From assembly GCA_964356815.1 (NCBI GenBank), contig CAYHIR010000005.1, positions 1-48,513 of the forward strand: a stretch of DNA of 48,513 nt, in the 5' to 3' direction. Made by a program: the position numbers and the translations under genes. Origin of the DNA: an uncultured Candidatus Saccharibacteria bacterium (GTDB taxonomy: Bacteria; Patescibacteriota; Minisyncoccia; Phycocordibacterales; DATGWK01). Below, in pieces: positions 27,344-37,537 of this stretch. The stretch's first letter is position 1; each line of letters opens with the position of its first letter. Under the pieces are notes generated by a model. That model saw nothing but the letters and a program-made list of their open reading frames with translations. It searched no databases and was not told the origin of the DNA.

Positions 27344-28315
27344 CTAGTTGGCTTCCCCATCAACCAAATATGTTTGAACGTAGTCTCGAATCCCTTCTTC
27401 CAGCTCAACAAAGGGTTTATCGTAACCCGCCGCTTGCAACTTGGATATATTAGCTTGAGTCGAGTATTGAAATTTGTCCCTTATATTCTCAGGCATTTCA
27501 ATAAATTCTACATTTGGTTCCATCCCACGAGCTCTGAATATAGAATTTGAAAGATCTAAGTAAGTTCGTGCCTTACCTGTCCCGACATTAAAAATCCCAC
27601 TCTGCTTCGGATGATCGAGAAAGAAAAGGATCACGCTGACAATATCCTTAACATATATAAAATCCCTTTCTTGACCCCCATCTTTATAGTCAGACCTATA
27701 GGATTTAAATAATTTTACCTTTCCTGTCCGCTTTATTTGCTGGAATCCTTGGTAAATCATCGAGGCCATCTTCTCCTTATGATCTTCGTTTGGTCCATAC
27801 ACATTAAAAAATTTTAAGCCAACCCATTGACTCGGCTTGTTTGGACTGTTGAGAATAAATTCGTCGAACCAATATTTTGAATAGCCATACAAATTAAGGG
27901 GTTTGAGATTACGCTCATTGTCATCAAACCCCATTTCCCCACCACCGTATGTCGCAGCCGAAGAAGCATATATTAATCGCACATTCTTTTCAAAACAGTA
28001 TTTAAAAATCTTCTTTGAATAATCAATGTTGTTCTCTTTAAAGTAAGCCTCGTCCTGCACAGTTGTGTCGGTACATGCTCCCAAGTGAATTATCAACTCA
28101 ACATCTTGAATGTCGTTCAGAGAATTTAAAAAAACTTTTTTATCAAAATATTTTTGATATTTCAAGTTATCGAGATGTTTTTTCTTCCTATCATCATTTA
28201 GATCGTCCACAACATAAATATTTGTAAATCCTCTATCATTTAGTGCTTTGTGCACATTCGAACCAATAAAACCCGCTGAGCCGGTAATTATTATCTTTTT
28301 ATCTTCTTTTGACAT
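27344..28315 (-). CDS. rfaD: ADP-L-glycero-D-manno-heptose 6-epimerase
   Basis: TGSAGFIGS, HLGACTDT, YASSAATYG, PLNLYGYSK, FFNVYGPNEDHKEKMAS, RDFIYVKD. Confidence 0.9.
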   Translation of the reverse strand: MSKEDKKIIITGSAGFIGSNVHKALNDRGFTNIYVVDDLNDDRKKKHLDNLKYQKYFDKKVFLNSLNDIQDVELIIHLGACTDTTVQDEAYFKENNIDYSKKIFKYCFEKNVRLIYASSAATYGGGEMGFDDNERNLKPLNLYGYSKYWFDEFILNSPNKPSQWVGLKFFNVYGPNEDHKEKMASMIYQGFQQIKRTGKVKLFKSYRSDYKDGGQERDFIYVKDIVSVILFFLDHPKQSGIFNVGTGKARTYLDLSNSIFRARGMEPNVEFIEMPENIRDKFQYSTQANISKLQAAGYDKPFVELEEGIRDYVQTYLVDGEAN

Positions 28316-28373
28316 GGTAATTTAAAGTATATCTGGATATACATTCACTATCAACTAGCGGTAACAACCCTCA

Positions 28374-29546
28374 CTATATTTTATTTTTTATAAAATCAGT
28401 GATAGCCACACCCCGTTTCTCCCACGTATATTTTGTCTTAGTTATCCCAGAATTATTTGAAATCTTTTCTCCTAGTTCTGGATTGCTGTAAATTTTGAGA
28501 ATTGCATCAGACCAGCCTCTAGGGGTGTTGCTGTCTACAATAATAGAACCAAAACCATCAGTCAAAACTTCTTCAATACACTCGGCTCGACCAGCGATAA
28601 TTGGCCTACGAGCTGCTAGTGCGGGGAACATTTTTGCAGGCGAATCTCCAACTAAATCTTTTTTACGTTTTGGAATGAGATTAGCATCAAAAGCCTGAAG
28701 ATATTTTGGGATCAAACTTCTCTCTTGCCAAGGTACAAAAATCACTCGGTCTGAGACTAACGCTTTTTTGGCGATATCACGAATCCACCCCGCATTGCCG
28801 TTTAGCTCACCAACAACCACAAAAATAATGTTTTTAGGAAGATGACTCAGACTCAAAACAACATCGTCGATCTCATAATAATCGTTGTTTGGATTGATTC
28901 CGGTGACACCCGTATAGCCAACAATAAAGGCCTCCATCGGTAACTGCAACAATTTTCTGAAGTCCACCTTGCTTTTTGAATGGTCGAACCACAAATCTTC
29001 AGCCGCACTACAAAGCGAAATCAGAATATTTTTATTAATTTTTTGATAATAACGCTTGAGACCAGAGCTAATAGCAATAACACCGTTAGAAAAATAGACA
29101 GCTAAAATATTTTTAATTTGACGATATTTTTTCTCATAAACAGCGTGAATTTCAAAAAAAACTTTTTTCCGCATCAAGAAGGCCGCTAAAAAAGCCGCTA
29201 GAAAAAGAGACTCGTCGCGATAATAAATTGCCTCAAATTCACTTCTTTTTTTAAAAAGAAACCAAGCAATGCAGATATTTGCAATCAAAAAAACAAAAGA
29301 TTCGTAGCAAATTTTACCTCCATGACTCGACGATGTATCTGTGACCCCTAAGCAAGTTATGTGGAATGGTTTGATAATCCCCATTTTTTTATTAAAAGCA
29401 TCTTGATCTCTAGTCTGGTCGGTCGTGATAAGTGTAACGGAAAAACCAAGGACTGAATTAATGGCTTCACATGTCTTAGCAAGATTGTAGACATTAGTTC
29501 TTCCGGATAAAAGATTTATTCTAGAAATGTAAAATATTCGAGTCAT
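28374..29546 (-). CDS. Glycosyltransferase family 4
   Basis: GT4-like N-terminal domain; SPAKMFPALAARRPII variant of the EX7E region; YTWEKR tail. Confidence 0.75.
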   Translation of the reverse strand: MTRIFYISRINLLSGRTNVYNLAKTCEAINSVLGFSVTLITTDQTRDQDAFNKKMGIIKPFHITCLGVTDTSSSHGGKICYESFVFLIANICIAWFLFKKRSEFEAIYYRDESLFLAAFLAAFLMRKKVFFEIHAVYEKKYRQIKNILAVYFSNGVIAISSGLKRYYQKINKNILISLCSAAEDLWFDHSKSKVDFRKLLQLPMEAFIVGYTGVTGINPNNDYYEIDDVVLSLSHLPKNIIFVVVGELNGNAGWIRDIAKKALVSDRVIFVPWQERSLIPKYLQAFDANLIPKRKKDLVGDSPAKMFPALAARRPIIAGRAECIEEVLTDGFGSIIVDSNTPRGWSDAILKIYSNPELGEKISNNSGITKTKYTWEKRGVAITDFIKNKI

Positions 29547-29558
29547 TTTATATATATT

Positions 29559-30470
29559 CTACGCTTTCTCTAAAAGCTTCTCGAAATCGGCTATCAGCTC
29601 AGCACCATCTTTTTTTTGTCCAACACCCTTTCGAACCGATTCCTGGAGATAATACAAAAACAAAAAGCCATCATAAACGCTGACTTCGACGTCAATGTTC
29701 TCAAAATAATCTGCTAAGTGTCTTAAAAGGCTACTATAAAATGATCCGGCCAACTCTGCCCGCTGCTTTGATTTTGATAAAAAATGAAACAAATCAAATC
29801 CTGGAAGCATACTCAAGCCAACATAGTCATAATCAATAAAATATATTTTATTGCCCGAAACGAGCACATTATCTGGAGTCATGTCCCCGTGCTGAAGAAT
29901 TTCGGGAAGTTTAATGTTTTTATCAATAGAGAGACTCGAATAATAATTCTCGAGCAACCGTGCTGACTCAGAGCTCATTTCAAGCTCATGAATAGCACTG
30001 AAAGCAATCCTTTGTAAATCTTTTGCCCCCAAGATCTTTTTATGACTGACTGCGAGTCCCGTCTGCCAAACACCATACTGCTTAAGAACAAGTTCATAGC
30101 TACTATTTTTTACAGAAAATCTTTCTCCAGGACACACTGTTTCTATACAGAAAGCCTCAACTCCATCATCATAAAAATAGAGCGGCTTAGCAAAAATGCT
30201 ATTTGTCGTATTTTTTAAAGCATGATCAATAAGCAATCTCAGATTTGTGTAGTTTCGATTAATAATCTCTGCGGCGGAATAAACACGAGTTGCTTTTACA
30301 CAAAGGGTTGGCAGTTTTCTACCACTTTCAAAAACAAATAAAACAATCTTTCCTTGACTTCTCTTAGTTCCAGAAGTTGGGGTGCTCGTCTTTAAAAAAG
30401 ATATTTTTGAACTTGGCGAATAAAGCCACGAGGGGTTCTCCGCAATCAGCTGTCGCAAGCGTGGAATCAT
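29559..30470 (-). CDS. APH/choline-kinase-like phosphotransferase
   Basis: QHGDMTPDNVL and FIDYD kinase motifs. Confidence 0.75.
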   Translation of the reverse strand: MIPRLRQLIAENPSWLYSPSSKISFLKTSTPTSGTKRSQGKIVLFVFESGRKLPTLCVKATRVYSAAEIINRNYTNLRLLIDHALKNTTNSIFAKPLYFYDDGVEAFCIETVCPGERFSVKNSSYELVLKQYGVWQTGLAVSHKKILGAKDLQRIAFSAIHELEMSSESARLLENYYSSLSIDKNIKLPEILQHGDMTPDNVLVSGNKIYFIDYDYVGLSMLPGFDLFHFLSKSKQRAELAGSFYSSLLRHLADYFENIDVEVSVYDGFLFLYYLQESVRKGVGQKKDGAELIADFEKLLEKA

Positions 30471-31417
30471 TTTGTTATTACAATACCAAAACTAAAAAAA
30501 ACATACCGATATATCCTAAGCGCAAATGGCACGTGGGTCAAAATCCAAATTATTTTTCGTTTTATTCCTGACGATGACATAAGTGAACGGAAGGTATAGG
30601 AAAGTGCATTTAGATTATCGTATGGAATCATAATCCGTGGAAGGTTATATCCTGGGTACGGAAGATAAAAAACAAAATTACTAAAACCAGAGTCTCTGAG
30701 AAGTTTCTCGTAACCCATTTTAGTATATGTGTAGGTGTCATATCGTTTTTCTAGACGAATTTTTGTATAAATGTCTGCCACCCATCGAGGCATATAGCTT
30801 GTAAAGCGCAAACCGCTATGATCAATCCCTCGCAAATACGATAATGCAAGGCGGTTTTCTATACCGACATACAGATGACCACCTTTTTTTAATAATTTCC
30901 TTGCAATTTCTAAACTAGCGATCTGAGCTTTTCGTGGATCATTATATCGGCCAGTCGCTCCTACCCACTCTATTAAACCGTTCATAACAATGAGATCGAA
31001 ACTCTCTTCTGCAAATGGGGCATCGAAAATGTCTCCGACACAAACCTCAATATTATTTAATCCTTCTTCCATCGCTCTCAGTTTTAAAAACTTCATCCTC
31101 AAAAATGATTGATCCATTGAGACAACGCTTTCAGCGACTCGGGCCAATGGAATGCTGATTCGACCCATACCCGCCCCCGCATCGAGAACTGAAAATTTTT
31201 CAGGAAGTGGCACAACAAAACGCCAATCTGCTCGATTCTCTTCAAAAGTCATGTCGAATTTATTTTTATAACGAGCCCTAAATTCTTCCCAGCCTTTTTC
31301 ACCTAAAAATTCCAAAGCACTTTCGAGCTCTGTCTTAGATGCCTTACCCCAATAGCGATCCTCCGAAAAAAAAGATATGCCTTCAACGGTTTTAAACGGA
31401 GCTTTAATTGTGTTCAT
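30467..31417 (-). CDS. Class I SAM-dependent methyltransferase
   Basis: VLDAGAGMG, FDLIVMNGLIEW, LKKGGHLYVGIENR. Confidence 0.9.
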   Translation of the reverse strand: MNTIKAPFKTVEGISFFSEDRYWGKASKTELESALEFLGEKGWEEFRARYKNKFDMTFEENRADWRFVVPLPEKFSVLDAGAGMGRISIPLARVAESVVSMDQSFLRMKFLKLRAMEEGLNNIEVCVGDIFDAPFAEESFDLIVMNGLIEWVGATGRYNDPRKAQIASLEIARKLLKKGGHLYVGIENRLALSYLRGIDHSGLRFTSYMPRWVADIYTKIRLEKRYDTYTYTKMGYEKLLRDSGFSNFVFYLPYPGYNLPRIMIPYDNLNALSYTFRSLMSSSGIKRKIIWILTHVPFALRIYRYVFFSFGIVITK

Positions 31418-31421
31418 ACTT

Positions 31422-32036
31422 TTATTTAGTCACTTCAAGGTTTAGAGAATTGTCTCTATTCGATTTGTCTTTAAAAGCATGTAGATCGGCAGTTTGAACA
31501 TCCCAATGCAGAGGCTCACCAGAAAACCCAACTTCCCTTAAAATTTTCTTTGCATAATTAAAATTCCAGATAGTACAGTGTCTGTCGTAATCCCTATCTT
31601 GGCCAAGGAGCTGATTAACAATACTTTCTGTTTCCTTTCCCGAAGCATTGTAAATTGCTATAAGTTTGTCGATATCGGGCACACCGAACCTCAAGACACC
31701 TCCAGGTTTTATAACTCGACACCACTCACTCAAAGTTTTTTTTAAATTGGCCCTTGGAATGTGCTCGATCACATGACTTGCATACACCATATCAACAGAA
31801 TTGCTTGGAAACACAGAGAGGTTTTGAATATCCAAAACCCAATGAGTTCTCCTGAAAGGAAAAGCGTCAATGTTTATAAATTCTCTAGAAGTATTGACGC
31901 CACAGCCGAGATTTAGATAGATTTTTCCATCAGCATTCTTTGGAATTTTTTCTCTTAAAAAAGTGAACTTCAGACGCCACAAGAGACGGTACAGGCGGTA
32001 CCGGAGAGCAATAACATACATTTTCAGTTTTTTCAT
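31422..32036 (-). CDS. Class I SAM-dependent methyltransferase
   Basis: LNLGCG, YASHVIEH, VIKPGG. Confidence 0.85.
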   Translation of the reverse strand: MKKLKMYVIALRYRLYRLLWRLKFTFLREKIPKNADGKIYLNLGCGVNTSREFINIDAFPFRRTHWVLDIQNLSVFPSNSVDMVYASHVIEHIPRANLKKTLSEWCRVIKPGGVLRFGVPDIDKLIAIYNASGKETESIVNQLLGQDRDYDRHCTIWNFNYAKKILREVGFSGEPLHWDVQTADLHAFKDKSNRDNSLNLEVTK

Positions 32037-32062
32037 CAGAATATTTGTCCCTATTATACTTT

Positions 32063-33121
32063 TTAATTTTTGAGGTGCAATTTCTCCAGAATTTTTTGGG
32101 CTAGGATTTTAGGTGTAAATTCTTGTTGATACAAGTGATACGCATTTTCGGCCACCCTATTTAGTTCTTCTGGTCGATTTCTCAACTCGACGATTTTATG
32201 AGCCAAACTACGATAATCACCTGGCGGCACAGCAAAACAAGTCTGGCCGTCTCGGACAACTTCTAGAACCCCCTTATTTTCTCCTGTCAGGTATGGGAGC
32301 TTCATTGCCATACTCTCGAAAACCTTGTGCGGAACGGTAGTCTGAACACGTGGGTGATCGGCCAATTGACCCAAAGACAAATGACACTCGAGCATTTTGT
32401 TTCGCAAAATGTCGATTGGGAGTAATTCGGTAATGAGCTCAACATTCGAAGGTTTTAACTCCTGAATAAGATCTTGGATTTCCTTCAAAAGCAGACCACG
32501 GCCCAAAATTCTCACACTGATGTTTTCTGATTCTAGTTCCTTGGCCGCTTGAACGACAATATCGGCACCAGCTTCAGGCAAAAAAGCTCCACGAAAAACC
32601 ACTGTAAAATTGTTTAATTTGGGTATTTCTGGATCAAAATAAAATTTTTCATCGTCTGTTCCAACAAAACAGACTGAGATTTTGTCCGGATTAATTTTAA
32701 AAACCCCAACCACCAAATCTTTCTGAGTCTGGCATTCGAGAAAAGATTGACTTGCAAATCGAAAAGCTAGAAAATCAATCAGATAATACCAGGGAGCACT
32801 AAAAGAAAGGAGTGAGCCTCCGCCACGAGAAACAATCATACTGTCGTAAAAAGTCGCTAACGCATTATAAACAATCCTTTTCCGCGTCCGAAAACTAAGT
32901 AACCTAATAAAAATAACCAACACACTGCCCGCATAGCCGATCATATACAAATCATATTCTTTCTCACAAGCAACAAACTCCCGAGCAATATTTATATATT
33001 TCTTTAGACCTGGCGTCTTGTCGGCAATTTCTTTAACAACAACTCCGTTTTCTCGCAATCCCCGCAAGGTGATTTGATCCCTTGAGTTGTTAAGATTAAA
33101 ATTTATGTAGCAAATTTTCAT
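32063..33121 (-). CDS. Glycosyltransferase family 4
   Basis: GT-B pattern, PHKVFESMAMKLP. Start moved to ATG 33121 (MKICYINF); ATG 33148 is an alternative. Confidence 0.8.
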   Translation of the reverse strand: MKICYINFNLNNSRDQITLRGLRENGVVVKEIADKTPGLKKYINIAREFVACEKEYDLYMIGYAGSVLVIFIRLLSFRTRKRIVYNALATFYDSMIVSRGGGSLLSFSAPWYYLIDFLAFRFASQSFLECQTQKDLVVGVFKINPDKISVCFVGTDDEKFYFDPEIPKLNNFTVVFRGAFLPEAGADIVVQAAKELESENISVRILGRGLLLKEIQDLIQELKPSNVELITELLPIDILRNKMLECHLSLGQLADHPRVQTTVPHKVFESMAMKLPYLTGENKGVLEVVRDGQTCFAVPPGDYRSLAHKIVELRNRPEELNRVAENAYHLYQQEFTPKILAQKILEKLHLKN

Positions 33122-33199
33122 TTTCTCTAATTTGAACTCACCTATCATAACCCAAAAGGTCGAGTGTCCCAACAGAGAAGGAAATGTTAACCTTACACT

Positions 33200-34462
33200 G
33201 TGATAAATAAGATAAAACAGCGGATTTCCCCATGGTTTCGATGGGGCGATAGACACCTGAAGACAGACACCGCTTATTTGGCCCGAGGAGGCTTTTGGCT
33301 TGTAATCGGCCAGGTCGTCGCCATGTTGGCAGGTTTTTTAATGTCCCTGACATTTGCCCACCTTATCTCCAAAGAAACTTTTGGTACCTACAAATTCATA
33401 CTCTCAGTCGCTGGAATTTTAGGAATATTCTCTCTGACTGAAATTGGGACTGCTATTACCCGAGCTGTGGCCAATGGTTTCGGCGGCACACTTAAACAAG
33501 GTTTCAAAATAAACCTGAAGTGGAGTGTCGGAATGTTAATTGGCGGATTTGGCTTGGGTATCTACTATTACATTAGTGGCAACAATGTCTTATCTATATC
33601 TTTTATTCTCGCGGGAATTTTTATTCCGATAACAACAAGCGCAAGCCTGTATGCCGCCTATCTTTTGGGTAAAAAGGATTTTAGAAAAATTACAATGTAC
33701 GGCACAATTCGAAATATTGTGCCGGCAGCTATTCTAATTCTGACACTTTTTCTAACACAGAACCTGGTAATAATAATGGCGGTTTGTTTTATATCTGCCA
33801 CCATTACCGCCTTGGTCCTTTACATAATTACCGTAAAAAAATTCCAGAAAGAAAACGACAAAATTGACATGGAGCTTTCTACCTACAGCCGCCATCTAAG
33901 CTTGATGCAAGTCATAGGAGGCATCGCAAATTTTATTGATAAAATTCTTGTCTTTCATTATCTTGGAGCCGCGCCTCTTGCCATTTATGCCTTTGCCATC
34001 GCCCCAATCGAACAACTTCAAGGAGGAAAAAAAGTTCTTAGTTCATTAATCTTACCGAAAATAAACGGGCGTTCTTTCGAAGAGCTCCAAAAGTCTGGGC
34101 CGCGCAAAGCCCTTTTATTTACGGCCTACGCTTTGAGTCTGGCCGGAATTTATTCACTTCTCGCGCCATTCTTTTTCAAATTCTTATATCCACAATATCT
34201 CGACTCTGTTTTTTATTCTCAGATATATTCTCTGACTCTACTTGCGATATCTGGAACGATATTTGACTCAACCCTTGTGGCTCACAGAAAAACCAAGGAG
34301 CTATATGTTCACAGAACGACAATGCCAATTATTAAGATAATTCTTTTTATCACTCTCCTGCCAATTTACGGCCTCATGGGTCTCATTGTGACTCATGTTA
34401 TTGTAAGATCCACCTCTGGTCTTCTGGGATATTACTTGGTGAAATATCCATTCAAAAACTAG
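33200..34462 (+). CDS. wzx: Wzx-type oligosaccharide flippase
   Basis: About 12 TM segments, polysaccharide-biosynthesis exporter pattern (FGTYKFILS, IDKILVFHYLG). Confidence 0.8.
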   Translation: MINKIKQRISPWFRWGDRHLKTDTAYLARGGFWLVIGQVVAMLAGFLMSLTFAHLISKETFGTYKFILSVAGILGIFSLTEIGTAITRAVANGFGGTLKQGFKINLKWSVGMLIGGFGLGIYYYISGNNVLSISFILAGIFIPITTSASLYAAYLLGKKDFRKITMYGTIRNIVPAAILILTLFLTQNLVIIMAVCFISATITALVLYIITVKKFQKENDKIDMELSTYSRHLSLMQVIGGIANFIDKILVFHYLGAAPLAIYAFAIAPIEQLQGGKKVLSSLILPKINGRSFEELQKSGPRKALLFTAYALSLAGIYSLLAPFFFKFLYPQYLDSVFYSQIYSLTLLAISGTIFDSTLVAHRKTKELYVHRTTMPIIKIILFITLLPIYGLMGLIVTHVIVRSTSGLLGYYLVKYPFKN

Positions 34463-34469
34463 ACGCTGT

Positions 34470-35129
34470 ATGTCCTATATATATAAAATCGGCCGAATTA
34501 AACTTCGAGAACAAATAAGAAAACACTCGAAATACATCCAAGGAAAAGTCCTCGACATCGGGGCTGGTAATTTTTCCAGATATAAAGATCTTTTTAACTT
34601 TACTGAGTACATTAAGATGGAAACGACACCAGGAGAAGGGATAGACGTGGTCGGCAGAATTGAAACCATACCCTTTGAATCAAACTCTTTTGACTCTATC
34701 GTCTGCACGCAGGTTTTGGGCGACATTTACGAACTTCCCAAAGCCTTCGGTGAACTTCATCGAGTTTTACGTCCAGGTGGGACAGTTCTGATAACAGAGA
34801 GTCTCTTTGACCCATTGCATGATGAGCCGAACGATTTTTGGAGATTTACGAGCCACAGCCTTCGTCGACTCGCCGAAGACTCGGGTTTTACCATAGTGAC
34901 AATTGAAAGCCGTGGTGGGTATTGGAGTGTGATGGCTCAACTAAAAGCCCGCTACTGGATTGAACGCCTAGAAGCAAACGGAAAATCGTACTCTCGACTC
35001 CTCAGTTTATTCTTAAAGATTTTTGGAAAAATCGCATTATACCTTGATAAAGTAGACACCAGTCGAGCTAGTAAATTATTTACTCTGGGTTATATTCTTA
35101 TTGCTCGGAAAAATACTCAAAATGCTTAG
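34470..35129 (+). CDS. Class I SAM-dependent methyltransferase
   Basis: VLDIGAG, FDSIVCTQVL, VLRPGG, DFWRFT. Confidence 0.9.
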   Translation: MSYIYKIGRIKLREQIRKHSKYIQGKVLDIGAGNFSRYKDLFNFTEYIKMETTPGEGIDVVGRIETIPFESNSFDSIVCTQVLGDIYELPKAFGELHRVLRPGGTVLITESLFDPLHDEPNDFWRFTSHSLRRLAEDSGFTIVTIESRGGYWSVMAQLKARYWIERLEANGKSYSRLLSLFLKIFGKIALYLDKVDTSRASKLFTLGYILIARKNTQNA

Positions 35130-35880
35130 AGTGACCACCAGCTGGGACGATGGCGACATTCTAGACAAGCGTCTAGTCGATCTTTTGAATCGATACGGGG
35201 TCAAGGGCACATTCTACATCACAAAAAACTATCGTCCGGAAAGACTTTCAGATGCTGAGATACGCGAAATCTCAAAAACCCACGAGATTGGCGCCCACAC
35301 CCTGACCCATTTTGACCTTCGTAGCCTTTCGCCTGAAAAACAAAAAGGGGAAGTGGCAGAGAGCAAAAAATGGCTCCAGAATATTTTATCTGTGGAAAAA
35401 AAATTAGATGTGGAAATGTTTTGCTATCCGAAGGGATTTTACAATGAAAGTGCGGTGCGAGCCGTCAGAGAAGCTGGTTTTATCGGGGCGCGCACGACCA
35501 ATCTTGGTTTTATCAGCATCCAGTCCGATTCATTTCACATGAACACAACTGTCCAAGTTTATCCATTCCCATTTCGAAAACTCAACAAAGAAAAATTCTA
35601 TTGGCGAAAAATTTTAGAGCCACTACGCCAAAGAGCACCTACCCTTATGGCCATTGGGATTCCGATATTATCAATGAGCTCTTGGTTATCCATGGCAAAA
35701 GCAACATTCGATATCTCGGTCAAAAATGGTGAGGTTTTCCATTTATGGGGCCACTCTTGGGAAATCGAAAAATATGGCATGTGGAATGATCTTGAAAAAT
35801 TTATTCGATACATTGCGAACAGAAAAGAATGCGAGTATGTAACGAATGGCGAACTAATTAAAAATAGAACCGATGAATAA
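35122..35880 (+). CDS. Polysaccharide deacetylase (NodB/CE4-like)
   Basis: TTSWDDG, EIGAHTLTH, FCYPKG, FHLWGHSWE. Start moved to ATG 35122. Confidence 0.9.
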   Translation: MLRVTTSWDDGDILDKRLVDLLNRYGVKGTFYITKNYRPERLSDAEIREISKTHEIGAHTLTHFDLRSLSPEKQKGEVAESKKWLQNILSVEKKLDVEMFCYPKGFYNESAVRAVREAGFIGARTTNLGFISIQSDSFHMNTTVQVYPFPFRKLNKEKFYWRKILEPLRQRAPTLMAIGIPILSMSSWLSMAKATFDISVKNGEVFHLWGHSWEIEKYGMWNDLEKFIRYIANRKECEYVTNGELIKNRTDE

Positions 35881-36508
35881 CCCAAAAAACTTTAAAAATA
35901 CCCGAGAAGTCATCTTACACACCAGGCAATTTATTAAAGGAAAAACACTGGATTTTGGTGCTGGTCGGGCAAAATATAAGGGGTTAATTGTTCCCCATAC
36001 ATCTCAATACACGGCTTTCGACATGGTGGAGGGAGAGAATATTGATGTTGCGGGTGATGCTTTACATCCACCATTTCCCAATAATCACTTTGATACGATA
36101 ATCTCAACTCAAGTCCTTGAACACGTTAACAAGCCCTGGATTATGATTAGTGAAATTGGCCGAATCTTAAGACCAGGAGGTATTTGTATTATGACTGCAC
36201 CCTTCATGGTCCCCTATCACGCCGATCCTTATGACTTTTTTCGTTATACAAAAGAGGGCCTCATGAGCCTTTTCCAGAATGAGGGATTTGAGATCATAGA
36301 AAGTAACAGCTACGGTAAAACCTTTACAGTTTTGTCAGAAATGATTCATTTCGTCTATTTTAGTCATTATGAAAAAAGATCTGCCACAAAAAACCTTTGG
36401 GCTAGTCGCATCATGCGCATCATAAAACCATTAGCCTTCAGACTTGACTCCTTTGTCAAAAATAAAGTTCTCTACCCAAACTCATATGTCGTCGCGAAAA
36501 AGAAGTAG
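35873..36508 (+). CDS. Class I SAM-dependent methyltransferase
   Basis: LDFGAG, ISTQVLEHV, ILRPGG, DFFRYT. Confidence 0.9.
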   Translation: MNNPKNFKNTREVILHTRQFIKGKTLDFGAGRAKYKGLIVPHTSQYTAFDMVEGENIDVAGDALHPPFPNNHFDTIISTQVLEHVNKPWIMISEIGRILRPGGICIMTAPFMVPYHADPYDFFRYTKEGLMSLFQNEGFEIIESNSYGKTFTVLSEMIHFVYFSHYEKRSATKNLWASRIMRIIKPLAFRLDSFVKNKVLYPNSYVVAKKK

Positions 36509-37537
36509 CTCCATTGCCGGCTTCAACTCACCGACTAATTTTTCTAAGCTATGTTTTTGGGCTCTCAGCCGAAGATTTTCAGAAAGTTTTTTCTTATCAG
36601 TTTGACTCAATGCAAGCATAAAGATCAGTTTTTCTGCAAGATCAACCGGATCATTGTGCTTGAAAAAAAACTGAGGCTCAAGAATATCTTTTAGCGACCA
36701 GTTTGAAACCAAGACAAGGGTTCCGCAAAGCATTGCCTCGATAATTGTTTTGTCGAAGCTTCCCGAGTCCGTAAGATTAACAAAAATTTCATGTTCGTTG
36801 TAAATAACGGGAGTTTTTGTATTTGCAACCTCATCTCTGAAAAAAAGTTTTCCTATTTTTTCGAGTTCCTCAGCTTCGTCTTTTATTTTTTTAAAGTAAC
36901 CAGAATCTGCCGGCGTGGGTCTGCCATATATGTAGGCCTGAAAATTTTCACCTCTTGAATGAAGAATTTCCAGTGATTGAATAAGAACGTCGAGATGTTT
37001 GACTGGCGAAATTCGACCCAAAAAAAGAATTGAGCGAGGAATTTTCCTAATCTCTGGCATCATACTAAAAAAATTGGAATCAATTCCAACCGGCATAAGT
37101 TTGGTTTTTTTAAATTGTGCAGTAAATGATCCAACAGAGGTGCAGAAAACCTGATCTGACATAGCAACTGCCAGTCGTGTAAAAATATTACCTTTTTTGT
37201 GATTTCTCCAAAGAAGTATTTTTTTACCCAAGAACTTCCAGATTTTCCAGCCTAGAAAAATATACTCTTGATTCATGTGCACAAAGACTAGGTCATAGTG
37301 TTTTCTTTCCTGCAAAATATATTTATAGAAATTAAAAAAATACCAAAAACGGGAAGCTTTTTTTTCCTTACCAAGCGACAATACCTTTACATTTGAAGGT
37401 AGATCAAACTGACCTTTTTGCAAACAAATAACCGTTACTAATTCAAAATGTTTTGAAAACTCAGCCACCCAGCGATGAAAAAAACCAAGAACTGAATCGT
37501 TGATATCGATTTTTTGGGTGACAATGAGAATCCTCAT
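36482..37537 (-). CDS. Glycosyltransferase family 4
   Basis: FLGRISPVKHL, GSFDKTIIEAMLCG. Confidence 0.9.
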   Translation of the reverse strand: MRILIVTQKIDINDSVLGFFHRWVAEFSKHFELVTVICLQKGQFDLPSNVKVLSLGKEKKASRFWYFFNFYKYILQERKHYDLVFVHMNQEYIFLGWKIWKFLGKKILLWRNHKKGNIFTRLAVAMSDQVFCTSVGSFTAQFKKTKLMPVGIDSNFFSMMPEIRKIPRSILFLGRISPVKHLDVLIQSLEILHSRGENFQAYIYGRPTPADSGYFKKIKDEAEELEKIGKLFFRDEVANTKTPVIYNEHEIFVNLTDSGSFDKTIIEAMLCGTLVLVSNWSLKDILEPQFFFKHNDPVDLAEKLIFMLALSQTDKKKLSENLRLRAQKHSLEKLVGELKPAMELLLFRDDI

